From Methanotrichaceae archaeon (lineage in GTDB: Archaea; Halobacteriota; Methanosarcinia; Methanotrichales; Methanotrichaceae), in NCBI GenBank assembly GCA_963813075.1, contig CAWEXU010000005.1:64001-128000 (forward strand): 64,000 nucleotides of DNA, written 5' to 3'. The notes under the pieces were generated by a model. The model was not told the origin of the DNA and did no database searches. It saw only the letters and a program-made list of their open reading frames with translations. Shown here in pieces: positions 43,757 to 54,119 of the stretch. A program made the translations under genes and the position numbers. Each line of letters begins with the position of its first letter. The stretch's first letter is position 1.

Positions 43757-43909
43757 CTAAATTCGCGTTTTTCTGGGCCGATCATTCTTGACTCCGCTCT
43801 TCGTCTCCCCATAGACCGGGGAATATGCCTTGTTCTTCCTGGGCTTGGATGGATCATGTTTGCCCGGGCCTTCGATTGGCATCCCCTTGGCACCCTTCTT
43901 CTTGCTCAT
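43757..43909 (-). CDS. Small basic protein (50 aa)
   Basis: MSKKKGAKGMPIEGPGKHDPSKPRKNKAYSPVYGETKSGVKNDRPRKTRI; GGAGGTGA RBS upstream. Confidence 0.6.
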   Translation of the reverse strand: MSKKKGAKGMPIEGPGKHDPSKPRKNKAYSPVYGETKSGVKNDRPRKTRI

Positions 43910-44219
43910 ATGACGCTTCACCTCCTGCAAGTCTCGTCTTTTCATTGAGCCGCTGCCTTCAATATAGAATAAAGGCTGTCCTGCAATACAGTTCCATTAT
44001 GCAGTCCCACTTTAAAGTCCCACTCTGCACTAATGCACCTGTCATTGCCCATTGAAAGAGATTCTATCTGATAGCATTGGTTTCTTTCTCATCGCATAAA
44101 TACCAATGCGAATCCCCTCGTAGTTCTGCCGCAGCAAAAGCATAGATCCAATCCGGCAAAATCTTTTTTGTCGATGCCCTTAATATCAATAGATCACCGC
44201 AGATAATGGAGGACTGAAA

Positions 44220-44660
44220 TTGAGATACATAATGGCAATATCAATCGCATTGCTCTTCGCTTCCGCCTTCATGGGCCCTTCTTTGGCCCTGAGCGACTAC
44301 CAGAAAGGGGTCTTAGACGGCCTGAGCATGGGCTGGAAGATGGCCCAGAAATATGACCTGGCTGTCTCAGGCAGCCCGGCGGAGTTCAATGGGGCCGTTC
44401 CACAGTACAACGCCTGGATCAAGGAGATATTCGGAGAGAACGAATCTCTGATGCTCATGCCCATGCCATTATCCGCTGCCTCTGGCAGGCAGACCGGCTC
44501 CTACTTCAAGAGCCAGACCATCACCCCGGTGCACTCCATGGACGCCAGCTGGAACCAGACAGAGGTCTCCCTCTTGCCGGAGCCGGACGAATACGGCCTG
44601 ATAAACGGAATCCCTGCCGATGCCTACTACACCTTCGGCCCTGCCCTGGCGGATTTCTGA
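44220..44660 (+). CDS. Secreted hypothetical protein
   Basis: Signal peptide, GGAGG RBS. Confidence 0.7.
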   Translation: MRYIMAISIALLFASAFMGPSLALSDYQKGVLDGLSMGWKMAQKYDLAVSGSPAEFNGAVPQYNAWIKEIFGENESLMLMPMPLSAASGRQTGSYFKSQTITPVHSMDASWNQTEVSLLPEPDEYGLINGIPADAYYTFGPALADF

Positions 44661-44727
44661 ACGAGGGCGGGATCACATTTATATTTCCCCGCCACATTCG
44701 ATACCTGGAAGTTGATGAGGCGCAAAG

Positions 44728-45348
44728 ATGAAGTCGATGCTTTTAGTGCTATCCATGGCCTGTATCGCCGCCCTGGCCGCAGCCGGTCAGGCGAGCAGCT
44801 CAGCTGATTCATTCGCCCAGAACACCACTGAGCACTCCTGGGTATTCGTCAACGGCTATATGGATGAATCCCGTATCCTTCAGACCCAGGCAGGCTTTGC
44901 CGGACAGAAGGCGGTGCTTGGTGCCAGTGGCAGCGGAATGGTCACCAGGACAATAGACTCCGTCTCCTACCGGGACTCGGATATGGATGAAACCTCCCTT
45001 ACCAACTCAGTGGAATTCAACTACAAGCCCTACCATCCGCCCCTCAATCAGAGCGATCTGAGAAATGCCCTCTGCGCCAAGAACTACGAGGTGGGCTCGG
45101 TATTCTCCGAGACCTACCAGATCGAAAAAGACCTGATCAAGGATACCAAAACCTATCAGGATGACAGCATCTCCGTTTATGAGATCAGCTCTGAGGTCCA
45201 GGGCTCGGCCAGGATAGGCCAGAGGGTGCAAAAGAACGCCAGCACTGTGCCCACCATGATGATGGGAGGTACCTACATGGGCTATGCCCAGATCAGATCG
45301 GACACGGTAGCAGGAAATATGTCCGTTCTCACTCTGCCCTGCCCCTGA
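44728..45348 (+). CDS. Secreted hypothetical protein, apparent paralogue of 31866-32792
   Basis: Signal peptide; GSG, KNY..G and LPC motifs shared with the 31866 protein. Confidence 0.7.
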   Translation: MKSMLLVLSMACIAALAAAGQASSSADSFAQNTTEHSWVFVNGYMDESRILQTQAGFAGQKAVLGASGSGMVTRTIDSVSYRDSDMDETSLTNSVEFNYKPYHPPLNQSDLRNALCAKNYEVGSVFSETYQIEKDLIKDTKTYQDDSISVYEISSEVQGSARIGQRVQKNASTVPTMMMGGTYMGYAQIRSDTVAGNMSVLTLPCP

Positions 45349-45412
45349 ATGAGCTTGAGGGGAGCCCAGCCTGCCGCCCCTCGCTCCATTTTACTTGTTA
45401 TCTCGTTTTCTG

Positions 45413-45469
45413 CTCAGATCAGTTCAAATCGGCTCAGAACAGATCAGTTCAGAACAGATCAGCTAGATC
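45413..45469. repeat. Short degenerate tandem repeat
   Basis: TCAGAACAGATCAG(T/C) twice (45434-45463) plus partial copies. Confidence 0.6.
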
Positions 45470-46263
45470 TTCTGCATGTCAAAAGCCCATCGGCTGACAT
45501 TTGGGGCCACATTTCCGCATCGCCGGCACAGCCGCACCTCCAGGCCCAGATCTTCGTATTTCTTTTTCAGCCCCTCGATCTGCTGGGCCTTCTTGAAGGT
45601 ATAAAAATGGATTATTCCTCCCCTTCTCATCATCTCCGGCAAGCCATCCATTATCCGGTCCATTCCATAGGGGGTGGGCACAATCGCCCGGTCAAACCTC
45701 CTCTTCAATAAGGCGGCCATATAGAACGCATCGGCATTAATGACCGCTATCCTCTCCTCCACCCCATTCTCCCGGGCGTTCACAGCCAGCCAGCCGCAGG
45801 CCTCTGGGCTCTTCTCCAGGGCCACCACCCTCGCTCCCCGGGCGGCTGGAGGGATGGCGAAGGGGCCCACCCCGGCAAATAAAACCAGCACCTCTTCCCT
45901 TTCCCTTACCTGGCCGGCCACCCTCATTCTCTCGTAGCCCAGACGGCTGTTGAAAAAGACCCTCGCCACATCCAGGTGATACCGAAAGCCGAACTCCCGA
46001 TGAACGGTGACCGAATTCGCTTCGCCGGCCAGAAGCTCCAGGCGGGAGATCCTCCTCTCCCCTTCCAGCGGGGTGGTCTTATTGAAGACCGTATGGACAT
46101 TGCTGCACTGATCCAGGAGAGCTGAGGCAATCAGCTCCTTATAGCCGTCCAATTCAGGGTCAATGGAGAGGATGGCGATGTCTCCGACCACATGGAAGCG
46201 GCTGGAAAGATGCGCGAGCATATCCTCGGGAACAACTCCTGCCAGCTTCTCCTTCAAACGCAC
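45463..46263 (-). CDS. Trm5/TYW2 (Met-10+) family SAM-dependent tRNA-modifying transferase
   Basis: VVGDIAI, TVHREFG, VFFNSRL..ER, LFAGVGPF, NA..N. Confidence 0.85.
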   Translation of the reverse strand: MRLKEKLAGVVPEDMLAHLSSRFHVVGDIAILSIDPELDGYKELIASALLDQCSNVHTVFNKTTPLEGERRISRLELLAGEANSVTVHREFGFRYHLDVARVFFNSRLGYERMRVAGQVREREEVLVLFAGVGPFAIPPAARGARVVALEKSPEACGWLAVNARENGVEERIAVINADAFYMAALLKRRFDRAIVPTPYGMDRIMDGLPEMMRRGGIIHFYTFKKAQQIEGLKKKYEDLGLEVRLCRRCGNVAPNVSRWAFDMQKI

Positions 46264-46290
46264 CTTGTATCACCTGGGTCTTATTCCGTC

Positions 46291-47607
46291 CTATGGAAAG
46301 CCAAATCCATATGATCCCTGATTATTGAGCGTTCCCTCCAGGATCATCGATCCTATTTTGGAGGAATAGCAGTAAATGAGATTGATTCTCGTTCCCGGGG
46401 CGCAATCCACAGTATGCCTCTCCGGGATGAATACTGTCCCAATCAGGGTTGCGATAGCGGTGCTCGGATCGATGCCCCGGATAAAGGCACAGGCATATGA
46501 GGCATTGAGTGCGCCACCGTGTATTGTAGCCGTCGCCGATCCCAATACATGCAATGCATAGTATCCATCCAGAACGCAATTATCAAGGGTCGCGGCCGTG
46601 GGACCATCGATGTCGGCGTCTATATATGATGCCCCTCCGAAAGAGTTCGCTTTTTTCCGGTCCGATTTGAAGAATGATTCCTTAATATGAATTCCAATTG
46701 AGCTATGAATCAATAGACCATATGCATTAGGGCTTAAAGTGCAATCCATATTGACGCTGGACATCTCCAGATCATTTATGCACCAGATGGTAAGGGGGGA
46801 GGCAATGCAGGATAAGTCTTTTACCACAATTCGATCTTTAGTCCGGGTTTGATAATCGTTATTCCCATGAACGGTGAGCCCGGTTTTGCAGTATTCAAAG
46901 AGACAATCAGATATCACGGTATCCTGTACGGTATCAAGGAGTATGCCCTCCAGGCTGCAATTTCTGGCAACGACATTGGTGATGGAAGAATGCGATTCAG
47001 ATCCACCCCCATTATTTCCCAGATACAGGCCGGTCCCATATGAGTTCCTGAACTCAAGGTTGTAGTACTTGCCGCCGGACCTGATGCTGCCAGTCAGTAT
47101 CAGTGAAGCACCATCTTTGTACCATTGGCCCTGATCGTCCCTATTGCCATCAAGGGTCATATTGGCAACGGTAAAGGCGGTAAATCCCAGATTGACCGGA
47201 CCGCTGGACCGATTGAGTATCATCGCCACAGGATGATCGACCTGGAATTGTTTTGGTTTTAATTTGAGTACTGTTATCCCCATCCCATAACCGAAGATAT
47301 GGACGTTCTTCCCCTCTAATATAGGAATGCAGATCCAAAAGGGATTCGTTTCCCCATCGTCCAGGTAAAATAGGGTATCTGCGCTGAGATTGTAGACCCC
47401 GGCGGAGATCAAGACGTTGCCGTTATCGGGGACTGAATTTATGGCCTCCGTTAATACTCGAGAGTCATCAGTTCCAGCCACGCCACTGGAAATTTCATTG
47501 CCTTCGACATTGCGAGCGATAATCGAATTGCCCTCGATAGATACGATCGCGGAATATATAATATTATCTAAAATTTTTATATCGGAATTCTCTGACAATG
47601 AGTTCAT
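46291..47607 (-). CDS. Right-handed parallel beta-helix (pectin lyase-like) protein
   Basis: GTDDS..L..AIN, ISAGVY, G.G..ITVLK, NMTLDGN and repeated G(I/L)xx strands. Confidence 0.7.
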   Translation of the reverse strand: MNSLSENSDIKILDNIIYSAIVSIEGNSIIARNVEGNEISSGVAGTDDSRVLTEAINSVPDNGNVLISAGVYNLSADTLFYLDDGETNPFWICIPILEGKNVHIFGYGMGITVLKLKPKQFQVDHPVAMILNRSSGPVNLGFTAFTVANMTLDGNRDDQGQWYKDGASLILTGSIRSGGKYYNLEFRNSYGTGLYLGNNGGGSESHSSITNVVARNCSLEGILLDTVQDTVISDCLFEYCKTGLTVHGNNDYQTRTKDRIVVKDLSCIASPLTIWCINDLEMSSVNMDCTLSPNAYGLLIHSSIGIHIKESFFKSDRKKANSFGGASYIDADIDGPTAATLDNCVLDGYYALHVLGSATATIHGGALNASYACAFIRGIDPSTAIATLIGTVFIPERHTVDCAPGTRINLIYCYSSKIGSMILEGTLNNQGSYGFGFP

Positions 47608-48029
47608 TTTATAGTCCTCCTAATCATTTAGGTCTAAACTTATCTGCACGGCCATCAATCTTCTCCTCGGGGGGCGCAAGTGATTACACTAATTTTGCTG
47701 CCGCTATCTGGACCTTTCCCAAGCTCGATGCCTCAATGCCATAAAGATATCAGCAGTTCATATTCAGCACATTTTGGCTTATAATACCTGCTGCTTTAAG
47801 ATATATATAACTTTTTGAGTTTTCAATTTATGTTATAATGACTCCTTGTCCATATCCGCCTTAAGACCTGCTACTGCCTCCGGCATGAGGATATTTATAT
47901 GCCGAGAATAGATAGCAAATCCGGTGGCATGCAACTTCGAAATCTGGCCGATAGTGCGACCTGAGGGTCTGGAATCCGATCATGATTGCTGACATGCTCC
48001 GTAACCTCAGCCGCAGAACGATCTTGGGA

Positions 48030-49235
48030 ATGGCCAAAGACAGCCTGTATAGAACATCCTTCTTTATGGCCTTCGCCAACATCGTGAGCGCTGGATGCGG
48101 CTTCTTCTTCTGGATCATCGCTGCCCGGCTCTATGCGGTGGATGAGGTGGGCCTGGCCACGGCACTCATCTCATCTCTGGCTCTTGTCGCCCTCTTCTCC
48201 ACTCTCGGCTTCGATTCATCGATCATCCGCTTCCTCCCCCAGGAGGACAAAGGGAGGGTCATTAGCACTTGCCTTACAGTGACCGCTGGGGCCAGCATCC
48301 TGGCCGGTGGGGTATACATCTTGCTGGCCATGATTCTCACTCCTTCAATGCCTTTATGGCAGAAGCCTGAATACGCTCTGGCCTTTATTTCGGTAGCTGC
48401 CTTGAACTCAATAGCGGTCAATGGTGGATATGCTTTTGTGGCGGAAAGGAGAGCGGACCAGTACTTCCTGCAGAATCTCATGCAGGCAATCCGGATTCCC
48501 GCCCTCCTGCCGCTGGCTTTTCTGGGTGTCTTCGGGATCTTCGGCGCTATCGGACTGGGATATTTGGCCGCTGCGCTCTACTGTCTGACAAAGATTCACT
48601 TGACGATCTCCCCTGTCAGGCCGCAGGTGGACCAGGATTTCATCCGCAAGTCCTTTCGTTTCTCCTCCCAAAACTATCTTTCCAGCCTGCTGTATGCAGC
48701 ACCGACCCTGATTATGCCCATAATGGTTCTGAGCCTGCTGGATGAGGCTGAAGCGGCAAAGTACTATATCGCTTTCGCCCTGGGCACCATGGTGCTCATC
48801 ATTCCCAGCTCCTTTGGGACCTCCCTCTTTGTGGAGGGCAGCCACGGCAGCGGGCTCAGGAAAAGCGCTCTTGAGGCTGGAGGCGCGAGCCTGATGATCA
48901 TGCTCCCAATCGTATTGGTGCTCTTCTTCTTCGGAGACCGGCTGCTGGGACTGCTCAAAGGAGAGTACATTGAGGCCTTTGCCCTGCTGCGGATAATTGC
49001 CCTCTCCAGCTTCCTCGTGGCCTGCTACTCCCTGTTTATTCCCATCCAGAATGTGAGGATGAAGGTGGAGAGCATTGTGAGGCTGAACTTCATCCGTTGT
49101 ATTCTGCTCCTCGGATTAAGCTATGTCCTGGTGAATAGATATGGCATCCTGGGAGCAGGATATGCCTGGATGGCAACCTATATTGTTATTGTTTTGTGGG
49201 TGGCCTGGGTGGCGCTAAAAGAGAAGTGGATCTGA
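48030..49235 (+). CDS. Oligosaccharide flippase (Wzx/MOP family)
   Basis: ~12 TM helices; GFFFWIIAARLY, LGF...IIRF, YYIA, GILGAGYAW. Confidence 0.85.
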   Translation: MAKDSLYRTSFFMAFANIVSAGCGFFFWIIAARLYAVDEVGLATALISSLALVALFSTLGFDSSIIRFLPQEDKGRVISTCLTVTAGASILAGGVYILLAMILTPSMPLWQKPEYALAFISVAALNSIAVNGGYAFVAERRADQYFLQNLMQAIRIPALLPLAFLGVFGIFGAIGLGYLAAALYCLTKIHLTISPVRPQVDQDFIRKSFRFSSQNYLSSLLYAAPTLIMPIMVLSLLDEAEAAKYYIAFALGTMVLIIPSSFGTSLFVEGSHGSGLRKSALEAGGASLMIMLPIVLVLFFFGDRLLGLLKGEYIEAFALLRIIALSSFLVACYSLFIPIQNVRMKVESIVRLNFIRCILLLGLSYVLVNRYGILGAGYAWMATYIVIVLWVAWVALKEKWI

Positions 49236-49259
49236 ATATATGAAATGATTCATGTTTTT

Positions 49260-49619
49260 TTAATAGAGAAGCTGAGATACCGCTCTTGCGGGCACATTGA
49301 GGATACGGGTCGTTATCTCAATGAACAAATTCTCTTGTTGCCGCCGATCGATGCCGAATGCATCATCCATTGAATGCTTTTCCATCTCCAGTGCGATTAG
49401 CCTTGTCTGCACCTGGGTAATCTTATGGCGCTTGCCCAGCTCAGCGATGACGTTCATGAAAAAGCCCAGGCTATGCGGCTTATCTGAGGAGAGATTCTTG
49501 ACTAGGCCGCACTCCTTGCAATACGGATGTGGCTTTAGCCCTCGAATTCTCCCTTCATAATAATGAGGGAGCCAGATCTTCTCTCTGCTTCCAGATATTT
49601 TATGCTCACAATAAGCCAT
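49260..49619 (-). CDS. Hypothetical protein with putative Zn-binding residues
   Basis: CEH...HPYCKECG. Confidence 0.7.
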   Translation of the reverse strand: MAYCEHKISGSREKIWLPHYYEGRIRGLKPHPYCKECGLVKNLSSDKPHSLGFFMNVIAELGKRHKITQVQTRLIALEMEKHSMDDAFGIDRRQQENLFIEITTRILNVPARAVSQLLY

Positions 49620-49787
49620 GGTCTCTCGGTCTCATTGAGATAGTTATATGCATAAAAAACCGTTGGTAAGTCGATAGATATAGAGATATAATCGATGGAA
49701 TATAGAGATATTATAGCTCAAACCCGAAAGGACATGGTCATAAGGATCTAATACTCAGAATGGCTCTATTCACCGTACTGCAGAATT

Positions 49788-50291
49788 ATGAATGATTTAA
49801 ACTATGAACTCTGGCAGGAGATGATCGAGCATATAGCTTCTGAATATGCCGATCTATTCTCCATCATGCACCAGGCGGCAAGAGAGCTGCCCCTCTCTCG
49901 CGCTCTGATAGATGATCTGAAGACCAAAAAGGAGCTTTTAATATCAACTGATCCCTGGCGGATGGTGCTTCAGATCGACCTGATCGAGGATGATATCGGA
50001 GGCTTTCGAATCTACCTGATGACCTCTGTGGAGAGGGATGCATTGGAAGATCTATTGTCAGAGACGGCGGAGGAACTGGGCATCACCCAGGAGGAGATAG
50101 ATGCCTTTGAGGTTGATCACGGCCTGGATATGCTGGGAGATGTCTTTGAAAAGATCAGGGATGAATATGGGATTCAGCCGGAGATCCAGGGAGGCAATAT
50201 CATCTTTTCGCTGCTGGTGTTCGACAGCCAGGATATAGATGACAGCATGGGAAATGACATTTTCTGGAGCGAGGATGTTCATACGAATTAG
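49788..50291 (+). CDS. Acidic hypothetical protein
   Basis: 167-aa D/E-rich ORF. Confidence 0.7.
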   Translation: MNDLNYELWQEMIEHIASEYADLFSIMHQAARELPLSRALIDDLKTKKELLISTDPWRMVLQIDLIEDDIGGFRIYLMTSVERDALEDLLSETAEELGITQEEIDAFEVDHGLDMLGDVFEKIRDEYGIQPEIQGGNIIFSLLVFDSQDIDDSMGNDIFWSEDVHTN

Positions 50292-50299
50292 ATCAGCCG

Positions 50300-50353
50300 A
50301 TCTGATTGGATCAAAGTATCTGATTGGATCAACGTATCTGATTGGATCGGCCG
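50300..50353. repeat. Three tandem 18-bp units
   Basis: ATCTGATTGGATC-AAAGT / -AACGT / -GGCCG. Confidence 0.75.
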
Positions 50354-50376
50354 ACTTGGATGGAATGCACTGGAAA

Positions 50377-51084
50377 TCAGGATCGATCCCTGTCCACCAT
50401 CAATTCAATATTTTTCATAAAAACCTTCAGATGTTTGTTCAAATCTTTCATATCCTTTTCTGCAGATAGCATATCCACCGGCTGCTGCACGAACCTTCCT
50501 GGAGTCAATCCATCCTCGCAGTTGTCTATCAGCCTTCGTATGCTTTGCCAGGATGACTCCAGATGAAATTGCAGTCCTACATTGCGCCCGATCTCAAAGG
50601 CCTGGTTGGAGCAGGCAGCAGTAGATGCCAGATACTTCGATCCTTCAGGCAGGTCAAATGTATCCCCGTGCCATTGAAATGCCGTGAAGCTATCCGGAAA
50701 GCCCCTGAAAGCACAAGAGTTCAAGGCGGCAGCCGTTAGCTTCACCTCATGCCAGCCGATTTCCCTATAGCGATTTTTATGTACCGTCCCGCCCAGGAGG
50801 TCTGCGATCAGCTGGGCGCCAAGGCAGATGCCAAGAACCGTCTTCTCGCCATCCATAACCTTCCGGATGAACCTCTTCTCCTCCTTCAGCCAGGGATACC
50901 TGTCCTCTTCATAGATGTTCATCTCTCCGCCCAGGAGCAGCAAAAGGTCAAAATCGGCTTTTTCTGAGAGCCTCTCGCCTGCATATATCTTCGTTCCTGA
51001 GACCTCGTGGCCGGAGTCTTCCGCCCAGAGGGCGATATTCGCCGGGTCCTCAAAGGGATTATGCTGGATGTAGTGCAATCTCAC
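50377..51084 (-). CDS. Class I glutamine amidotransferase-like protein
   Basis: LGICLGAQL, REIGW, WHGDTF, LQFHLE. Confidence 0.9.
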   Translation of the reverse strand: MRLHYIQHNPFEDPANIALWAEDSGHEVSGTKIYAGERLSEKADFDLLLLLGGEMNIYEEDRYPWLKEEKRFIRKVMDGEKTVLGICLGAQLIADLLGGTVHKNRYREIGWHEVKLTAAALNSCAFRGFPDSFTAFQWHGDTFDLPEGSKYLASTAACSNQAFEIGRNVGLQFHLESSWQSIRRLIDNCEDGLTPGRFVQQPVDMLSAEKDMKDLNKHLKVFMKNIELMVDRDRS

Positions 51085-51180
51085 CGCTCAATTCTCCTGT
51101 ATTCGCTGATTTTTAACAGAGAGAATATTGGATTATAGCTTTTTTTGAGAGGGTTTAGGAATAATTAAGAGATTAAGCTG

Positions 51181-53361
51181 CTAAAGCCTGGTAGGATCCA
51201 CCCTGAGCTGGCCATACCTTTTCAGTATCGCGGCAATCTCACCCTTTTGCACTGGCTTTGCGATGTAGTCGTCCATCCCAGCTCCCAGGCACTTTTCTCT
51301 GTCCCCGGATAACGCATACGCAGTGGTCGCTATGATCCTTGGGCCATTGACCGGCCAGCGTTTCCTTATCTGCTCCGTCGCTCTGAATCCATCCATCTCA
51401 GGCATCCTCACATCCATGAATACCACGTCGTAGGGCCTTCTCTCCAGTGAGTCGATCACCTCCTTGCCATCTGATACCGCATCAGGCCGGTATCCCATCT
51501 TTTTGAGCATCTCCACCATGACCTTCTGATTGGATGGATTGTCCTCAGCCACCAGTATTCTCAGAGGATGCCCTTCGACAATATCTGCCACATCATTGCA
51601 GGGTCCGGCGATGGCCGTCGTTTTTCGGGATGGATCAGGGACGATCTCACAATCTATTGTGAAACGGAAGACCGAACCCCTTCCCAGTTCGCTCTCCACC
51701 CAGATCCGGCCGCCCATGAGCTCCACCAGGCTCTTGCTGATGACCAGGCCCAGGCCACTGCCATCATATCTGCTGCTCATAGTGGTATCCAGACGGCTGA
51801 AGGGCAAAAAGAGCATCGCCATCTTGTCAGATGGTATGCCGATTCCGGTATCCTGAACGGCGAATGAAAATCTATGTTTTCCCTCTTCGATCTCCTGGGA
51901 GAAGACCGAGACGGATACAGCTCCCGCATCTGTGAACTTGATGGCGTTGGAGATGAGGTTGACCAGGATCTGCCTGAGCCTGCCGTTATCTCCGATGATG
52001 GCGTCAGGAGTGCCATAGCCGATGGTGAGGCTGAGCCTCAGGCCCTTCTTTTCCGCCTCCACGGCCACCATCTCCATAGACTCCTCCAGCAGAGTGCGGA
52101 GGGAGAGGGGATCAAGACTGATCTTCACCCTCCTCTTCTCCATCTTGGAGAAATCCAGGATATCATTTATCAGGGTGAGGAGGGTCTCTCCGCTGGTCCT
52201 GATCCTTTCGATGTAGTCTTTCTGCTCGGTGGATAGGGGCTCTTCTAAAAGGAGGCTGGAGAAGCCGATCACCGCGTTCATGGGCGTCCTCAGCTCGTGA
52301 GACATGCTGGCCAGGAATGCTGCCTTGGCCTCGACCGCGGCTTCAGCTTCCTCTTTGGCCTTCACCAGGTCTGCAGTCCTCTCCTGTACCCTGAGTTCCA
52401 GCTCATCTCTTGACCGGCGCAGCTCCACCTCCGCCTTCTTGCGCTCGGTGATGTCCCTGGTGATCCCCCGGAAGCCGAGCAGATTGCCGGAGTCGTCAAA
52501 ATAAGGGACTCCGCTGGTCTCTATGAAGATCTGATGGCCGTGGCCGTCGTATGCTGTCACCTCCATTCCGGCGAATGGGCCGGGAGAGGCCATTAAATTC
52601 AAAAGGGATTCTATCGCCGCCTGGTTATCGTTTGCAGGGATCAGGTCAAAGATCGACCTGCCTATCATCTTCTCAGGCTTTATGCCCCATAGCCTTTCCG
52701 TCTGAGGGCTGCAGTAGGTATACCTGCACTGATCGTCAGTCTCCCAGACCAGGTCACTGGTAGTCTCTATCAGGGCCTGGTACTTCTTCTGGCTCTCTTT
52801 GAGCTCCACCTCAGACTTCTTTCGCTCAGTGATGTCCCTGATAACCGTCACACGCACGGGCAATCCATCCCGCTCTATGATGCGGCCGTGTGCCTCCACG
52901 GCAAAGGTCGATTTATCCTTTTTCAGGGCAGAAAACTCGCTTATCAGCTCCTCGTTGCTCCCCAGGGTCTTTATAGCACGCTCATGCTCCTGGGGGACGA
53001 GGAATTTGGTAACGTGCGATCCAATCAGCTCCGAGAGCTCATAGCCGTTGGCCTGGGCAAAATCCTCATGGGCTTCAACTATGATGCCATCCACGCTGAT
53101 GGCGATGCTCTCAAATGCAGTCTGGATAAGGGTGCTGTATCCACTATAATCCGAGACGGGATAATCGGCCATTTTCTCGTCAATAAAAGTATGCCCCCCA
53201 TGCGGATTAGATGGCTCCCTTTGAGCATTGCTGAGCTCCCGGAGGGCGTCATCCAGGACCGCCTTTGCGTGAATGGGGTCTTTTAGGGCTTTCGCTTTGA
53301 GTTCATCTATTCTTCTGTAAACCTCAGACAGCCTCTTGGAGTCGTCATTCGCTTTAGCCAT
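51181..53361 (-). CDS. PAS-domain hybrid sensor histidine kinase/response regulator
   Basis: Two PAS/PAC (DITERK), SHELRTPMN, NLISNAIKFT, DTGIG, GSGLGL, receiver MDVRMPEMDG...KP. Confidence 0.95.
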   Translation of the reverse strand: MAKANDDSKRLSEVYRRIDELKAKALKDPIHAKAVLDDALRELSNAQREPSNPHGGHTFIDEKMADYPVSDYSGYSTLIQTAFESIAISVDGIIVEAHEDFAQANGYELSELIGSHVTKFLVPQEHERAIKTLGSNEELISEFSALKKDKSTFAVEAHGRIIERDGLPVRVTVIRDITERKKSEVELKESQKKYQALIETTSDLVWETDDQCRYTYCSPQTERLWGIKPEKMIGRSIFDLIPANDNQAAIESLLNLMASPGPFAGMEVTAYDGHGHQIFIETSGVPYFDDSGNLLGFRGITRDITERKKAEVELRRSRDELELRVQERTADLVKAKEEAEAAVEAKAAFLASMSHELRTPMNAVIGFSSLLLEEPLSTEQKDYIERIRTSGETLLTLINDILDFSKMEKRRVKISLDPLSLRTLLEESMEMVAVEAEKKGLRLSLTIGYGTPDAIIGDNGRLRQILVNLISNAIKFTDAGAVSVSVFSQEIEEGKHRFSFAVQDTGIGIPSDKMAMLFLPFSRLDTTMSSRYDGSGLGLVISKSLVELMGGRIWVESELGRGSVFRFTIDCEIVPDPSRKTTAIAGPCNDVADIVEGHPLRILVAEDNPSNQKVMVEMLKKMGYRPDAVSDGKEVIDSLERRPYDVVFMDVRMPEMDGFRATEQIRKRWPVNGPRIIATTAYALSGDREKCLGAGMDDYIAKPVQKGEIAAILKRYGQLRVDPTRL

Positions 53362-53598
53362 AGCACACCTTTTGCCAGAGGCCCAAATCTTGACCGCTCT
53401 TCGCTTTATTAACAGTTCAGTATGATCAGATCAGCTATTTTCTTAAGAATCTGTGGCCAGAGAGATTAATCTTTTGGTTATAATTGGTGGTGTATAGTTC
53501 ATGGTGCATGGCAGAAGAGGTGGTGTGCTTTCACTGAGGCAAAACACAATCGTACTCTCGGATTCCCGGCTCTTATGCGATGATCAAGACCGCAGGCC

Positions 53599-54009
53599 TT
53601 ATCCGTTTCTCCTGAACAGGTAAAACCTCGCTTCCCCATAGTTGACCAGCCTCCGTCCAAATCCGGCAAGCTCTGCCAGCTCATCCTGCAGCGGCCGGAC
53701 AATGACATCCGCTCCAACCCTGGCCGCCAGCTCTCCCAGGGCAAATTGCATCTCCAGAGGAGGGCGGATGGAGTAGATCAGACTGGCTCCCTGGTAGATC
53801 TCCTGTCGAGGGGAGAAGATGTCGTCCTTCTCCACCCTCATGCCCGCTATGAGCCGCTCCTCTCTGTCCGTGAGGAGGACATCCAAACCCAATTCCAACA
53901 GCCTTCGGGCAACAGAGGGAAAATAGCCCACACCCACTTCCACCACCCGGCCGGAGTAGTTTTTGGCGATGAACTCCGCCAGGTCTCTGGCTTCCTGCTG
54001 TCCTGTCAT
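53599..54009 (-). CDS. UPF0146 family protein
   Basis: VVEVGVG, DDIFSP, LIYSIRPP.E. Confidence 0.85.
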   Translation of the reverse strand: MTGQQEARDLAEFIAKNYSGRVVEVGVGYFPSVARRLLELGLDVLLTDREERLIAGMRVEKDDIFSPRQEIYQGASLIYSIRPPLEMQFALGELAARVGADVIVRPLQDELAELAGFGRRLVNYGEARFYLFRRNG

Positions 54010-54119
54010 AATGCATCCCATTCTTTACCATATCATTCTTATCCATTTGCAGGATCTGATCGCAATTATTATTAACATATACCACTAATTGACTCTGAGA
54101 AGCTTTGAAGGGGATAGGG

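Noticed and set aside
45413..45469. Repeat as a mobile-element end or CRISPR
   Set aside because: Short degenerate 15-bp tandem between convergent genes; no spacers and no transposase
50300..50353. Possible mini CRISPR array
   Set aside because: 13-bp core with only 5-bp variable parts, three units and no cas genes; an ordinary tandem repeat
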